From sequence record DRR723986_3079: DNA of 55,415 nt, one strand, 5' to 3'. Made by a program: the position numbers and the translations under genes. Below the pieces are notes generated by a model. It was given only the letters and a program-made list of their open reading frames with translations, ran no database searches and had not been told where the DNA came from. Of the stretch, positions 8,783 to 19,080 are shown piece after piece. The first letter of the stretch is position 1. The number at the start of each line of letters is the position of its first letter.

Positions 8783-8901
8783 ACAATCCAGATCTCCAAC
8801 ATTGCGGAGCAATTAAAGGCCATCTGAACGTTGTTTAAAAGCCTTGCAGTTTCGATCTCCATGACTATCGAGTTCGGAAATCCCGACGTCCACGACATCA
8901 G

Positions 8902-8940
8902 AAAAGCAGGCATAAAAAGCGGGTATAAAAGCGGGTAAAA
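8902..8940 (+). repeat. Three tandem 12-13 bp direct repeats, putative integrase arm-type sites
   Basis: AAAAGCAGGCAT / AAAAAGCGGGTAT / AAAAGCGGGTAAAA, about 60 bp before the att core. Confidence 0.6.
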
Positions 8941-9002
8941 TCTCAACACGGATAAAGGAAAGACTAATAAAAACAATTCTCTGTATGTCTCTGCTGCGCC
9001 GT

Positions 9003-9016
9003 CACCCTCACCGCCA
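9003..9016 (+). other. Putative att core: duplicated tRNA-Ser-like 3' end
   Basis: CACCCTCACCGCCA resembles the acceptor-stem 3' strand plus GCCA of tRNA-Ser; no cloverleaf upstream; sits at the phage/host boundary. Confidence 0.65.
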
Positions 9017-9171
9017 TTCTTTTCCCAGCACATTTCAATTTGATCCGGCGGCTGATGGACATACACGTCGGTATCACGCGTAATTTGATGCAGATTTCTC
9101 TTTCCCCTATCATCTGATCCGGAGGAACCGTCGCTTGTTGCGGCGGCGGCTACTGGGAGGAGATAGCCGGC

Positions 9172-10434
9172 ATGTCAGTGATGCACGAGCCTTGGCTTGT
9201 TGCGCTGTCCCTGGTGATGGCCTTTCAGGGCAGTTTCGTAGGCTTGAACCTTGCCGTTCAGGTTCGCAGCGCGATTGACCCGAGACGTCGGCTGTTGCTT
9301 GCAGGGGCAGCATTGACCGTCGCCCTTGCCATCTGGTCCATGCATTTCGTCGGAATGCTGGCAGCCCGTCTGCCTGTCGCCGTTGATTTTCTCGTTCTGC
9401 CGACACTGCTGTCGTTTCTCGTCTGTGTACTCGTTGTCGGTATTGCTGTTTTCGCAGCGAGCAATGCGCGGCTGACTCCGATTCGCCTCGGCCTTTCCGC
9501 CTTCGTCATGGGAAGCGGTATCTGCACCATGCATTATCTGGGCATGTATGCCCTGCATGGGTCTTTGCGCATGGAGCATGACCCGGCCTACGTCTTTGCC
9601 AGCTTCCTGATTGCCTTCAACGCAGCTGGTCTCGCCATGTGGCTGTTGTTCGGTCTGGGCAGGCGCCCTCCTCTCGTCATTTCGGCAGCGGTTCTGGCGC
9701 TTGCGATTTCAGCCATGCATTACACGGCCATGGCAGGATTGACCTATGAAACGCTGCGACCGGTTTCAGGTACTCTTGCGCCAGCCCTGAGCCCCGGAAT
9801 GCTGGCTATTCTCGTTTCCTGCGTAGCATTTCTGGTGTCGGGCCTGTTCCTGCTGGCCCTCATTCCAGCCCAGGAAGACCAGACCGATCGCGGCATGGTC
9901 AGGAACCAGATGCCAGAGGAAGAGCTGCGTGCGGCAAGTGAAGACAAGCAGGGCCAGTCAGCGGAAGCTGTTATGGCTGTCAGCGCCAAATCCGCATCCG
10001 GATTGCAGGCGGCGGCTCAAGCGGTCCGGCCAGGTCAGCCACTTGGCAAGGGAATGTTGCCGATCGAGCGGGACGGCCAGAAGACCAAGATCGGCGTGTT
10101 GGACATATATGCCATTCACGCGGACGCCCATTACACACGTCTTTATGATGGCAGCAGAGAATTCTTCTGCCCTCTTTCCATCAGTGAAGCGGAACAGCAG
10201 CTTGATCCACGTACCTTCAACCGTGTCCACCGAAGTCACATCGTCAATCTCAGCCGCGTTGTCAGCTACAAGCGCTCCGGTGACGGCGGTGTTCTTATCC
10301 TTGCCGGCCAGGCGGGGCAGAGTGTTCCTGTCAGCCGGTCTCGTTGGGGGCGAGTGAAAGCGCGATTGAAGGCGCTTGGGCAAAACAGGCATCAAAGCCA
10401 CGCGGGCCATGAACAGCCCGCTGCCGCCCAATAA
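9172..10434 (+). CDS. MHYT sensor-LytTR DNA-binding regulator of the cox operon (CoxC/RcoM-like architecture)
   Basis: MHFVGM, MHYLGM and MHYTAM within hydrophobic helices; C-terminal FNRVHRSHIVNL...VPVSR. Confidence 0.88.
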   Translation: MSVMHEPWLVALSLVMAFQGSFVGLNLAVQVRSAIDPRRRLLLAGAALTVALAIWSMHFVGMLAARLPVAVDFLVLPTLLSFLVCVLVVGIAVFAASNARLTPIRLGLSAFVMGSGICTMHYLGMYALHGSLRMEHDPAYVFASFLIAFNAAGLAMWLLFGLGRRPPLVISAAVLALAISAMHYTAMAGLTYETLRPVSGTLAPALSPGMLAILVSCVAFLVSGLFLLALIPAQEDQTDRGMVRNQMPEEELRAASEDKQGQSAEAVMAVSAKSASGLQAAAQAVRPGQPLGKGMLPIERDGQKTKIGVLDIYAIHADAHYTRLYDGSREFFCPLSISEAEQQLDPRTFNRVHRSHIVNLSRVVSYKRSGDGGVLILAGQAGQSVPVSRSRWGRVKARLKALGQNRHQSHAGHEQPAAAQ

Positions 10435-10640
10435 TCAGATCATCGGTTAGGTTCACTTTCGGTGTTGCAGTGCATGCAAGGCCGCAAAATACGCCGTTCG
10501 TGCAAATGGGCATCAAGCGGACACTCTTCATGGTGGTGGTATTTGCGGCCTGGATCCCTATCGTAAGCTATTGTAATTACCTTTCTTTCTCGAAATCATC
10601 TGAATTTACGCCGTGAAATGCGTCAGAAGAGCTGTCGCAG

Positions 10641-10690
10641 TTCGTGCAGGACAGCACGTCATCCGTGTGGCCAGACAGGCTTTTTGTGCA
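10641..10690 (+). promoter_or_regulatory. LytTR/RcoM-type direct-repeat triplet upstream of coxM
   Basis: TTCGTGCA (10641), TCCGTGTG (10662) and TTTGTGCA (10683), starts exactly 21 bp apart. Confidence 0.65.
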
Positions 10691-10856
10691 AGCGTTCTTG
10701 AGTGTGCGCCGCACTGTTCCGCACCCTTCTCAAACGTGAACAATTCGGCCGTTTCCAGCGTCCGGACACGACGTTGCCGGTGGAAGGCGAAACCAATCGC
10801 TTTTCGGGAAAACCGGCATCCGGCCCAGAGGTGGCCGGCAGAGGGAGGAGAAAGAC

Positions 10857-11723
10857 GTGATACCTGGTGCATTCACCTATCACCGGCCATCGTCCGTGGC
10901 GGAAGCTGTCGCGATCCTGGTCAGCCATGGCGACGAAGCGCGGCCGCTGTCCGGTGGCCATAGCCTGATCCCCATGATGAAGTTGCGCATGGCAGCGCCG
11001 GAACATCTGGTCGACCTTGGTGGCATTGTCGATCTCAAAGGCATTTCCGACGACGGCGGCACGATCACCATTCGCGCCATGACCACGCAACATGAGCTGA
11101 TCGCCTCGGACCTCTTGGCGTCAAAACTGCCGATCATTCGCGAAACGTCGCTTCTCATTGCCGATCCGCAGATCAGATATGTCGGCACCCTTGGCGGAAA
11201 TGTGGCCAATGGTGATCCGGGCAACGATATGCCGGCGCTGATGCAGTGCCTTGATGCGACCTATGTTCTGACCGGGCCGGACGGCGAACGAGAAGTGCCT
11301 GCACGCGACTTCTACGAGGCGGCCTATTTCACGGCCCTTGCGCCTGAGGAAATTCTGACAGCCGTTCGTATACCCGTCCCGCCTGCAGGGCATGGCTATG
11401 CCTATGAAAAGCTGAAGCGCAAGGTTGGCGACTATGCGACAGCCGCTGCTGCCGTGGTCCTGACGATGGAAGGTGGCAGTGTGTCCTTCTGTTCGATTGC
11501 CCTCACCAATGTCGCGGATACACCGCTTTTTGCGCAGGAAGCCGGAGAAATTCTGGCTGGTTCGACGCTCGATACGGCAACCGTTGCCCGCGCGGTCGCA
11601 GCGGCTGAGGCGATCACCGAGCCCGCTTCGGACGGACGTGGATCTGCAGAATATCGCACCAAGATGGCAGGCGTGATGTTGCAGCGGGCGCTCGCAAAAG
11701 CTGCATCGCGCGCATCCAGCTGA
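10857..11723 (+). CDS. coxM: Aerobic CO dehydrogenase medium (FAD) subunit
   Basis: [42 protein letters not shown] start with GGAGG RBS. Confidence 0.95.
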   Translation: MIPGAFTYHRPSSVAEAVAILVSHGDEARPLSGGHSLIPMMKLRMAAPEHLVDLGGIVDLKGISDDGGTITIRAMTTQHELIASDLLASKLPIIRETSLLIADPQIRYVGTLGGNVANGDPGNDMPALMQCLDATYVLTGPDGEREVPARDFYEAAYFTALAPEEILTAVRIPVPPAGHGYAYEKLKRKVGDYATAAAAVVLTMEGGSVSFCSIALTNVADTPLFAQEAGEILAGSTLDTATVARAVAAAEAITEPASDGRGSAEYRTKMAGVMLQRALAKAASRASS

Positions 11724-11745
11724 ATCAGGATCGAGGGAAACGACT

Positions 11746-12251
<506 letters not shown>

Positions 12252-12255
<4 letters not shown>

Positions 12256-14672
12256 ACGACATGACCCCGACACGGGAACAGCGCGAAGCCGCCCTTGAAG
12301 GCATGGGCTGCAAGCGCAAGCGTGTGGAAGATATTCGCTTCACGCAAGGCAAGGGCCAGTATGTCGATGATGTGAAACTGCCCGGGATGGTGTTCGGCGA
12401 TTTCGTCCGTTCTCCCTATGCCCACGCCAAGGTTACGAAGATCGACGCTTCCGAAGCGTTGAAACTGCCTGGCGTGATCGCTGTCCTGACGGCGGAAGAC
12501 CTGAAAGGCGTCAATCTTGCGTGGATGCCGACACTCGCCGGTGACGTGCAGATGGTGCTGGCCGATGGCAAGGTGCTGTACCAGAACCAGGAAGTCGCCT
12601 TCGTGGTGGCCGAGAACCGCTACATCGCCGACGATGCCATTCAGCTCGTGGAAGTCGAATATGAAGAGCTTCCCGTCCTGACGGACCCTTTCAAGTCGAT
12701 GGATCCGGACGCTCCGGTTCTGCGGCCTGATCTCGACGGCAAGATGGAAGGCGCACACGGGCCGCGCAAACACCACAACCACATCTTCACCTGGGAAGTT
12801 GGCGACCAGGAGGAAACCGACAGAGCCTTTGCCGAAGCCGATGTCACCATCAAGGAACTGATCTCCTATCACCGGACGCACCCCTCACCGCTCGAGACCT
12901 GTCAGTGCGTTGCATCGATGGACAAGATCAAGGGCGAGTTGACGGTCTGGGGAACGTTCCAGGCTCCCCATGTCATCCGAACGGTGGCCTCTCTGCTCTC
13001 GACTATTCCGGAGCAGAAGATCCATGTGATCGCGCCGGATATCGGCGGCGGTTTCGGCAACAAGGTCGGGGCTTACCCGGGATACATCTGTGCCATCGTT
13101 GCGTCCATCGTCACCGGTGTGCCGGTGAAGTGGGTCGAGGATCGGATGGAGAACCTTTCGACAACGTCCTTTGCTCGCGATTATCACATGACCGCGGAAA
13201 TCGCTGCGAAGAACGATGGTACCGTCACTGGTCTCAAAGTGCATGTTCTGGCTGACCATGGCGGCTTTGATGCCTGTGCCGATCCGTCGAAATGGCCGGC
13301 TGGTTTCTTCAACATCGTGACCGGGTCCTACGACTTCCCGGCAGCGCATCTGGCTGTCGACGGGGTCTATACCAACAAAGCCCCGGGCGGCGTCGCCTAC
13401 CGCTGTTCGTTCCGCGTAACGGAGGCGGCCTATTGCATCGAGCGGGCGATGGATATCCTGGCCCAGAAGCTCGACATGGATCCGGCGGACTTGCGGATGA
13501 AGAACTTCGTCAAGCCGGAGCAGTTCCCCTATCACTCGGCCCTTGGCTGGGAATATGACAGCGGCGACTATCACACCGCCATGCAGAAGGCGATGGACAC
13601 GATCGGCTACCGCGAGCTGCGCGCTGAGCAAAAGGTCAAGCAGGAAGCCTTCAAGCGCGGCGAAACCCGCGAGATCATGGGCATTGGCGTGTCGTTCTTT
13701 ACCGAGATCGTCGGTGCCGGACCGTCCAAGAATTGCGATATCCTCGGTGTCGCGATGTTCGACAGTGCGGAAATCCGCGTGCACCCGACCGGCTCGGTGA
13801 TTTCCCGCATGGGGACCAAGTCACAAGGCCAGGGGCATGAAACCACCTGGGCGCAGATCATCGCCACGGAAATCGGTATTCCGGCTGCCGATATCATGGT
13901 GGAGGAAGGCAACACGGATACCGCGCCCTACGGTCTGGGAACCTATGGTTCACGCTCCACACCTGTCGCTGGTGCCGCGATTGCGCTTGCGTCTCGCAAG
14001 ATCCGCAACAAGGCGCAGATGATCGCGGCTCACATGCTGGAAGTTTCCGAATACGACCTGGAATGGGACGTGGACGGCTTTCAGGTGAAAGGCAATCCGC
14101 AGGCACGCAAATCCATGAAGGAGATTGCCTGGGCTGCCTATCACGCTCCGCCACCGGGCATGGAACCGGGTCTTGAAGCGGTCAGCTATTACGACCCGCC
14201 CAACATGACCTATCCGTTCGGCGCCTACCTCTGTGTTATGGATATCGACGTCGACACCGGCGTTGCAAAGACACGGCGGTTCTATGCGCTGGACGACTGT
14301 GGAACCCGGATCAACCCGATGATCATCGAGGGCCAGGTCCACGGTGGTTTGACCGAGGCCTTCGCCATCGCGATGGGTCAGGAGATCCGCTACGACGAGA
14401 TGGGCAACGTGCTGGGGGCGTCCTTCATGGACTTCTTCCTGCCGACAGCTGTCGAGACACCTCACTGGGAAACGGATTTCACCGTCACTCCCAGCCCCCA
14501 TCATCCGATCGGGGCAAAGGGTGTGGGCGAAAGCCCGAATGTCGGCGGTGTGCCGGCCTTCTCCAATGCGGTGAACGATGCCTTCAAGTTCCTCGGGTCG
14601 ACCCACATCCAGATGCCGCATGACGCCTGGCGTATCTGGCAGGCGGCCAAGGACCTGGGTGCGCACGCATAA
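12252..14672 (+). CDS. coxL: Form I CO dehydrogenase large (Mo-Cu) subunit
   Basis: Active-site loop AYRCSFR (13395-13415); MSL gene order. Confidence 0.96.
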
Positions 14673-14682
14673 AGCACTTTTT

Positions 14683-14718
14683 ACCGCAGGCTGGCTCCTC
14701 CGGGACAAAGCCTGCGGT
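14683..14718 (+). other. Intra-operon hairpin after coxL
   Basis: ACCGCAGGCT ... AGCCTGCGGT, perfect 10-bp stem, no U-tract. Confidence 0.55.
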
Positions 14719-14802
14719 GACGTTCCGATCGTCCTCTCGTAACTGATTCTGGATCAGAACCTGAAAGACGATGGATGCGACCTTCTCACCGAACGGACCA
14801 GC

Positions 14803-15684
14803 ATGACCCAAACCAAGGATCAGATAGCGCTTCAGCTCGCGGATGCCGGTTATATCGCGGACGAAGGTCTTGCGACGGCACTTCTGCTGACCGGAATGCT
14901 CGGGCGGCCGCTGCTTCTGGAAGGCGAAGCTGGTGTCGGCAAGACGGAAGTGGCGAAGGCTCTGGCGCGGCTCGAGAACACCGATCTCATACGACTGCAG
15001 TGCTATGAGGGCCTCGACCGTTCCGATGCCATCTACGAGTGGAACTATCAGCGCCAGCTTCTGGCCATCAAGGCGCGGGAAGGGTCTGGCGACAGCGCGG
15101 AAACTGTAGAGGAAGCGATTTTCTCCGAGAAATATCTTCTGGAACGCCCGCTTCTGGCGGCCATCCGAAAGGACGTGCCGCCGGTTCTGCTGATCGATGA
15201 AATCGACCGGGCGGATGAGGAATTCGAGGCATTCCTGCTTGAGATCCTGTCTGACTTCCAGGTGTCGATCCCGGAACTCGGAACGGTTCAGGCAGTTACA
15301 ATCCCACGCGTGGTTCTGACCTCAAATGGTACACGCGAACTGTCGGACGCATTGCGCCGGCGTTGCCTTTATCATTTCGTCGATTACCCCTCGCCCGACC
15401 GCGAAACACGAATTCTGTTGGCGCGTGTCCCGGATCTGGATGCTGCTCTCGCCCAACAGATCGCCGAACTCATGAACAAACTGCGCAAGGAAGACCTCGT
15501 GAAGGTTCCAGGCGTTGCCGAAACAATAGACTGGGCGGCGGCTCTTCTCGGCCTTGGGGCCAAAAACCTGCAGGAGAGCCGGGAGCTTGTCTTTGAGACG
15601 CTTTCTTGTGTCCTGAAAACCCGGGAGGACAGTGCCCGTGTCAGCCGCGAAGTCACCGACAGGTTGCTTGGAAAGGTGGCTTGA
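14803..15684 (+). CDS. coxD: MoxR-family AAA+ ATPase
   Basis: GEAGVGKT, LLIDEIDRADEEFEA, DALRRRC. Confidence 0.92.
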   Translation: MTQTKDQIALQLADAGYIADEGLATALLLTGMLGRPLLLEGEAGVGKTEVAKALARLENTDLIRLQCYEGLDRSDAIYEWNYQRQLLAIKAREGSGDSAETVEEAIFSEKYLLERPLLAAIRKDVPPVLLIDEIDRADEEFEAFLLEILSDFQVSIPELGTVQAVTIPRVVLTSNGTRELSDALRRRCLYHFVDYPSPDRETRILLARVPDLDAALAQQIAELMNKLRKEDLVKVPGVAETIDWAAALLGLGAKNLQESRELVFETLSCVLKTREDSARVSREVTDRLLGKVA

Positions 15685-15687
15685 GCA

Positions 15688-16887
15688 ATGTCCGGCCTTT
15701 TCCTTGAAACCAGTGCAGACATCGGGCCGATCCTGAGGCTGCGGCTGGCAGGCTTTGTCCGCTCACTGCGTGACAGTGGCTTCAAGGTCGGATTGGCCGA
15801 GACCCGGGATGCTAGCCGGTTGCTGTGTTCGCGGATGATTCAGCGCCCCGGAAGCTTGAAGGCGGCCTTTCGCAGTCTTTTTTGCGGACGCTTGTCTGAC
15901 TGGCAGCGTTTCGACGACATCTTCGATGCCTATTGGATCGGCAAGGGTGTCAAATCTGGCGTGAAGGTTACCGGGACGAGTACGCGCAAGGGCATGAAGA
16001 CCATTCGCGAGTTGATAGACGCAAGTGGTAACCATCAGGAGACAATTGCAGGCGATGTCGAACGCCTCCCCGGCGAAGAGGATGAGGCGTGCGACGACGC
16101 TCCCTCCGGGCGGCGGGAAGGTGCGAGCATTGCCGAAAACCTCGGCCAGCTGGATTTTCGACATCTCAGCGATCCGGAGGCGGTGAAACAGGCACATGAG
16201 CTTGCCGAACGGCTCGCACGGGCAATGCGCGTAAGACTGACCCGCAGGGATCGTCAAAAGCGAAAGGGCCGAAAGCTGGATCTTCGCAGAACCATCCACC
16301 GGTCCATTGCCCATGGCGGAGCACCTATTGAACTTGTGCGTAAAGGCCCTCGTGAGAAACAGTTGCGATTGGTGATCCTGCTCGATGCGTCCGGGTCGAT
16401 GAACAACTACACGGGTGTCTTCACTCGGTTCGTGCACGGTTTGCTTGATAGCTTCCGCGAAGCAGAAGCGTTTCTTTTTCATACCCGTCTTGTGCACGTC
16501 TCCTCAGCCCTTTCTGAGCGGGACGCCGGCCGTGCTCTCGATCGCATGGGGCTGATGGCGCAAGGGATCGGTGGCGGCACGAAGATCGGCGCGGCGCTGG
16601 CCGACTTCAACAGATGGCACGCCGCCCGGGTCGTCCACTCGCGCACCTGCGTCCTGATCCTGTCAGATGGCTACGACACAGGCACGCCGGAAGCACTTGG
16701 CGATGAGATGGCACGGTTACGTAGGCGCTGCAGGCGCATTGTCTGGCTCAACCCGCTGCTTGGCTGGCAGGGATATGAACCGACAGCCGGAGGCATGGCC
16801 GCCGCCCTGCCCCATGTCGATTTCTTCGCGCCAGCCCATAACCTCGCCAGCCTTGAAGCCCTAGAGCCTTATCTTGTGAGACTTTGA
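15688..16887 (+). CDS. coxE: VWA-domain CODH accessory protein
   Basis: LLDASGSM, GGGTKIG, ILSDGYD, WLNP. Confidence 0.92.
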   Translation: MSGLFLETSADIGPILRLRLAGFVRSLRDSGFKVGLAETRDASRLLCSRMIQRPGSLKAAFRSLFCGRLSDWQRFDDIFDAYWIGKGVKSGVKVTGTSTRKGMKTIRELIDASGNHQETIAGDVERLPGEEDEACDDAPSGRREGASIAENLGQLDFRHLSDPEAVKQAHELAERLARAMRVRLTRRDRQKRKGRKLDLRRTIHRSIAHGGAPIELVRKGPREKQLRLVILLDASGSMNNYTGVFTRFVHGLLDSFREAEAFLFHTRLVHVSSALSERDAGRALDRMGLMAQGIGGGTKIGAALADFNRWHAARVVHSRTCVLILSDGYDTGTPEALGDEMARLRRRCRRIVWLNPLLGWQGYEPTAGGMAAALPHVDFFAPAHNLASLEALEPYLVRL

Positions 16888-16890
16888 ACG

Positions 16891-17778
16891 ATGGGAGATG
16901 TCGAGATGAAGCATTCTGTTCCCGTGTCCGGTAAAGAGGCCTCACCAGAGGTCGTGCAGGACCTGCCGCGCCTGATGAACCGTTTGCAGAGTGACAACGA
17001 ACCCTTCGTTCTGGCAACCGTTGTACGCACAATATCGGTGACCGCGGCCAAGGCGGGCGCGAAGGCCGTGATCGACAGGAATGGAGACATTGTCGGCGGC
17101 TGGATCGGCGGTGGCTGCGCAAGATCGGCAGTCATCAAGGCGGCAAAGTCCGCTTTTGAAGATGGTCAGACACGATTGATCTCCCTTCAACCGGCGGACC
17201 TGCTGGCGGAAATCGGCGTGGAAGCCGGTGAGGAGCGCGAAGGCATTCAGTTTGCCCGGAACATGTGCCCGAGCCAGGGAACCATGGATATATTCATAGA
17301 ACCGGTTCTGCCGCGGCCCACGCTTGTCATCTACGGCGCCAGTCCGGTTGCCGTTGCCCTTGCGAGCCAGGCGCCTTCCATCGGATTTGACCTGACCTTC
17401 TGCGCGCCTGCAGAAGAGCTGTCCGTCTTTTCAGGTGCCGGAAAAAGAGCGGAAGGGTTTGACAGTCCCGTTCGAAGCAACGGGCATATCTACTCCATTG
17501 TTTCGACCCAGGGACGCGGCGATCTGGTGGCCCTGAAGGCAGCTCTTCTGACGGATGCGCGCCACATCGGGTTTGTCGGTAGCCGCCGAAAGATTGCAGC
17601 CCTGAAGGCGAAATTGCGCGAGGAAGGCGTAGCGGATCAGACCCTCGACCGGATCAAGGGGCCCGCAGGCCTTGATCTGGGAGCCATTGCACCGGAAGAA
17701 ATTGCACTCTCTATCCTGGCGGAACTTTTGATGATCCGCCGCAGCGGACACCGCCAGACCAACATCCATCACGTTTGA
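16891..17778 (+). CDS. coxF: XdhC/CoxF-family Moco insertion protein
   Basis: GWIGGGC, CPSQGTMDIFIEP, GPAGLDLGAIAPEEIALSI; exact start uncertain. Confidence 0.88.
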   Translation: MGDVEMKHSVPVSGKEASPEVVQDLPRLMNRLQSDNEPFVLATVVRTISVTAAKAGAKAVIDRNGDIVGGWIGGGCARSAVIKAAKSAFEDGQTRLISLQPADLLAEIGVEAGEEREGIQFARNMCPSQGTMDIFIEPVLPRPTLVIYGASPVAVALASQAPSIGFDLTFCAPAEELSVFSGAGKRAEGFDSPVRSNGHIYSIVSTQGRGDLVALKAALLTDARHIGFVGSRRKIAALKAKLREEGVADQTLDRIKGPAGLDLGAIAPEEIALSILAELLMIRRSGHRQTNIHHV

Positions 17779-17799
17779 CCCCACCAGGGAAGCAATCAC

Positions 17800-18405
17800 A
17801 TGCAAATGAACGACAGTCAGCGGATCGAAGCTCCAAAGCACAAGGTTTGGGAGGCATTGAATGATCCGGAAGTCCTGAAGGCCTCTATTCCGGGATGCGA
17901 AGACCTGATCAAGCATTCCGATACTGAACTGGAGGCGAAGGTACGTCTCAAGGTGGGCCCGGTAAAAGCAACTTTCGGCGGCAAGGTGACGCTCAACGAT
18001 CTCGATCCGCCTAACGGCTACACCATTGAAGGCGAAGGTTCCGGCGGGGTAGCCGGCTTTGCCAGAGGTGCTGCCAAGGTTCATCTGGAAGAAGACGGTC
18101 CTGATGCGACGATCCTTCACTACGAGGTTGATGCGAAGGTTGGCGGCAAGCTGGCGCAGCTTGGTGCCAGACTGATCGATTCAACCGCCAAACGGCTTGC
18201 CGGTGAGTTTTTTACCGCCTTCGGAGAACAGGTCGCCCCGGGAAAACCGGCTGCGACGAACGAGGTGGAAGCCGAGACCGCGCCAGCAGACGCTTCTCCT
18301 TCAGATGGCGAAGAGAAGAAGGGATGGATCAAAGGCCTTTTCACCGGCAAGAAAAAGCAGGACGTGGCTGGTGACGAGGGTAAGATCGACGAACCTGCGG
18401 AGTAA
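17800..18405 (+). CDS. coxG: CoxG (SRPBCC-fold) protein
   Basis: VWEALNDPEVLKASIPGCE, GGKLAQLGARLID. Confidence 0.92.
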   Translation: MQMNDSQRIEAPKHKVWEALNDPEVLKASIPGCEDLIKHSDTELEAKVRLKVGPVKATFGGKVTLNDLDPPNGYTIEGEGSGGVAGFARGAAKVHLEEDGPDATILHYEVDAKVGGKLAQLGARLIDSTAKRLAGEFFTAFGEQVAPGKPAATNEVEAETAPADASPSDGEEKKGWIKGLFTGKKKQDVAGDEGKIDEPAE

Positions 18406-18412
18406 ATCCCAA

Positions 18413-18442
18413 CTGCAAGAGCCGCTTGCCTGGCTCTTGCAG
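18413..18442 (+). terminator. Hairpin after coxG
   Basis: CTGCAAGAGCC / GGCTCTTGCAG 11-bp stem with weak U-tail. Confidence 0.55.
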
Positions 18443-18465
18443 ATGTTCAAACCGGAGGAATTGTT

Positions 18466-18651
18466 ATGGTACATACCGAAGTTCAAGCCATGAGTGGCAT
18501 TCGCGAAGTGACGCGTGATCCATCGCTGGTTCTGGCACTCGTCACCGGTTCGGCCTTGACCGGATTTTTGCTGGTGGCGCACGCCTGTTGTCTGGGCATC
18601 ACCGAACAGCATTTCCTGCCGTTGGTTCAAATCTGTTCTTTCGCCGGCTGA
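18466..18651 (+). CDS. Putative small membrane protein
   Basis: GGAGG RBS upstream; one hydrophobic segment followed by HACC. Confidence 0.45.
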   Translation: MVHTEVQAMSGIREVTRDPSLVLALVTGSALTGFLLVAHACCLGITEQHFLPLVQICSFAG

Positions 18652-18679
18652 GACTGTTTTTCGATAGATCAGCAAAGCC

Positions 18680-18733
18680 TGCTTAAGGTCTGGGCATGGT
18701 GCATTCTTCACCATGCTGCCCATATTCTGCTCA
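18680..18733 (+). promoter_or_regulatory. Tandem NtrC-like enhancer sites
   Basis: TGCTTAAGGTCTGGGCA (18680-18696) and TGCCCATATTCTGCTCA (18717-18733), TGC-N11-GCA-like, 100-150 bp upstream of a sigma54 motif. Confidence 0.55.
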
Positions 18734-18830
18734 GAATACCAATTGTTGTTGATTGGTTTCGACGAGCTCAATCCAGAATCTATTTCTTAAATTATTGAAA
18801 CAATGTACGAAATTTCCGCCTTCGCCTTTC

Positions 18831-18846
18831 TGGCATTCCCCTTGCT
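18831..18846 (+). promoter_or_regulatory. sigma54 (-24/-12) promoter
   Basis: TGGCATTCCCCTTGCT with GG at 18832-33 and GC at 18844-45, canonical spacing. Confidence 0.75.
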
Positions 18847-18861
18847 TTGGTTATGATGTGC

Positions 18862-18972
18862 AGCGCGCCTAGGGATCCGGTCGCAAGACGACGCAGGACC
18901 GAGAGGTGCAAGCCGGTTGAGAGGCACATGCCGACATAGACCGGTGACACGGCGGGACAAAAACCCGGGAGA
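18862..18972 (+). ncRNA. Guanidine-I (ykkC-yxkD) riboswitch
   Basis: CTAGGGATCCG...GGACCGAGAG...ACACGGCGGGACAAAAACCCGGGAG; lies upstream of guanidine transport and hydrolase genes. Confidence 0.88.
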
Positions 18973-19080
18973 CAACTGCACGAGGTTTCGCGCGCGCGAA
19001 CCTGCTCCCGGCCGTGCGCAAAAACCTCATGACGTAAGTCCGGTTCTGATGACCGGGCCCAAGACAGGAGACGCGCACAG

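Larger units (their letters stand above)
1..9016. mobile_element. Right end of a prophage (early/recombination module plus cargo), ending at a putative att core
   Basis: Tightly overlapping (ATGA) + strand phage-type genes (RecE-like, RecT, ASCH-like, DEDDh, DUF968-like, WYL, AlpA), then SRAP, a tRNA-like 3' end CACCCTCACCGCCA at 9003-9016, and an abrupt switch to host metabolic genes. Confidence 0.88.

Noticed and set aside
8783-8900. LexA box upstream of SRAP
   Set aside because: No convincing GTTC-N7-GTTC / GAAC-N7-GAAC found by eye
8902-8940. CRISPR array or iterons
   Set aside because: Only three short abutting repeats, with no spacers and no cas or rep gene
8960-9016. Complete tRNA gene
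   Set aside because: Only the last ~14 nt look tRNA-like; there is no T-arm GTTCGA or cloverleaf upstream
10606-10963. ORFs in the cox promoter region
   Set aside because: No RBS or recognisable motifs; they overlap coxM and the regulatory repeats
18694-18716. Palindrome GCATGGTG-N7-CACCATGC as a separate operator
   Set aside because: Real, but it overlaps or abuts the NtrC-like sites and its function cannot be separated from the sequence alone
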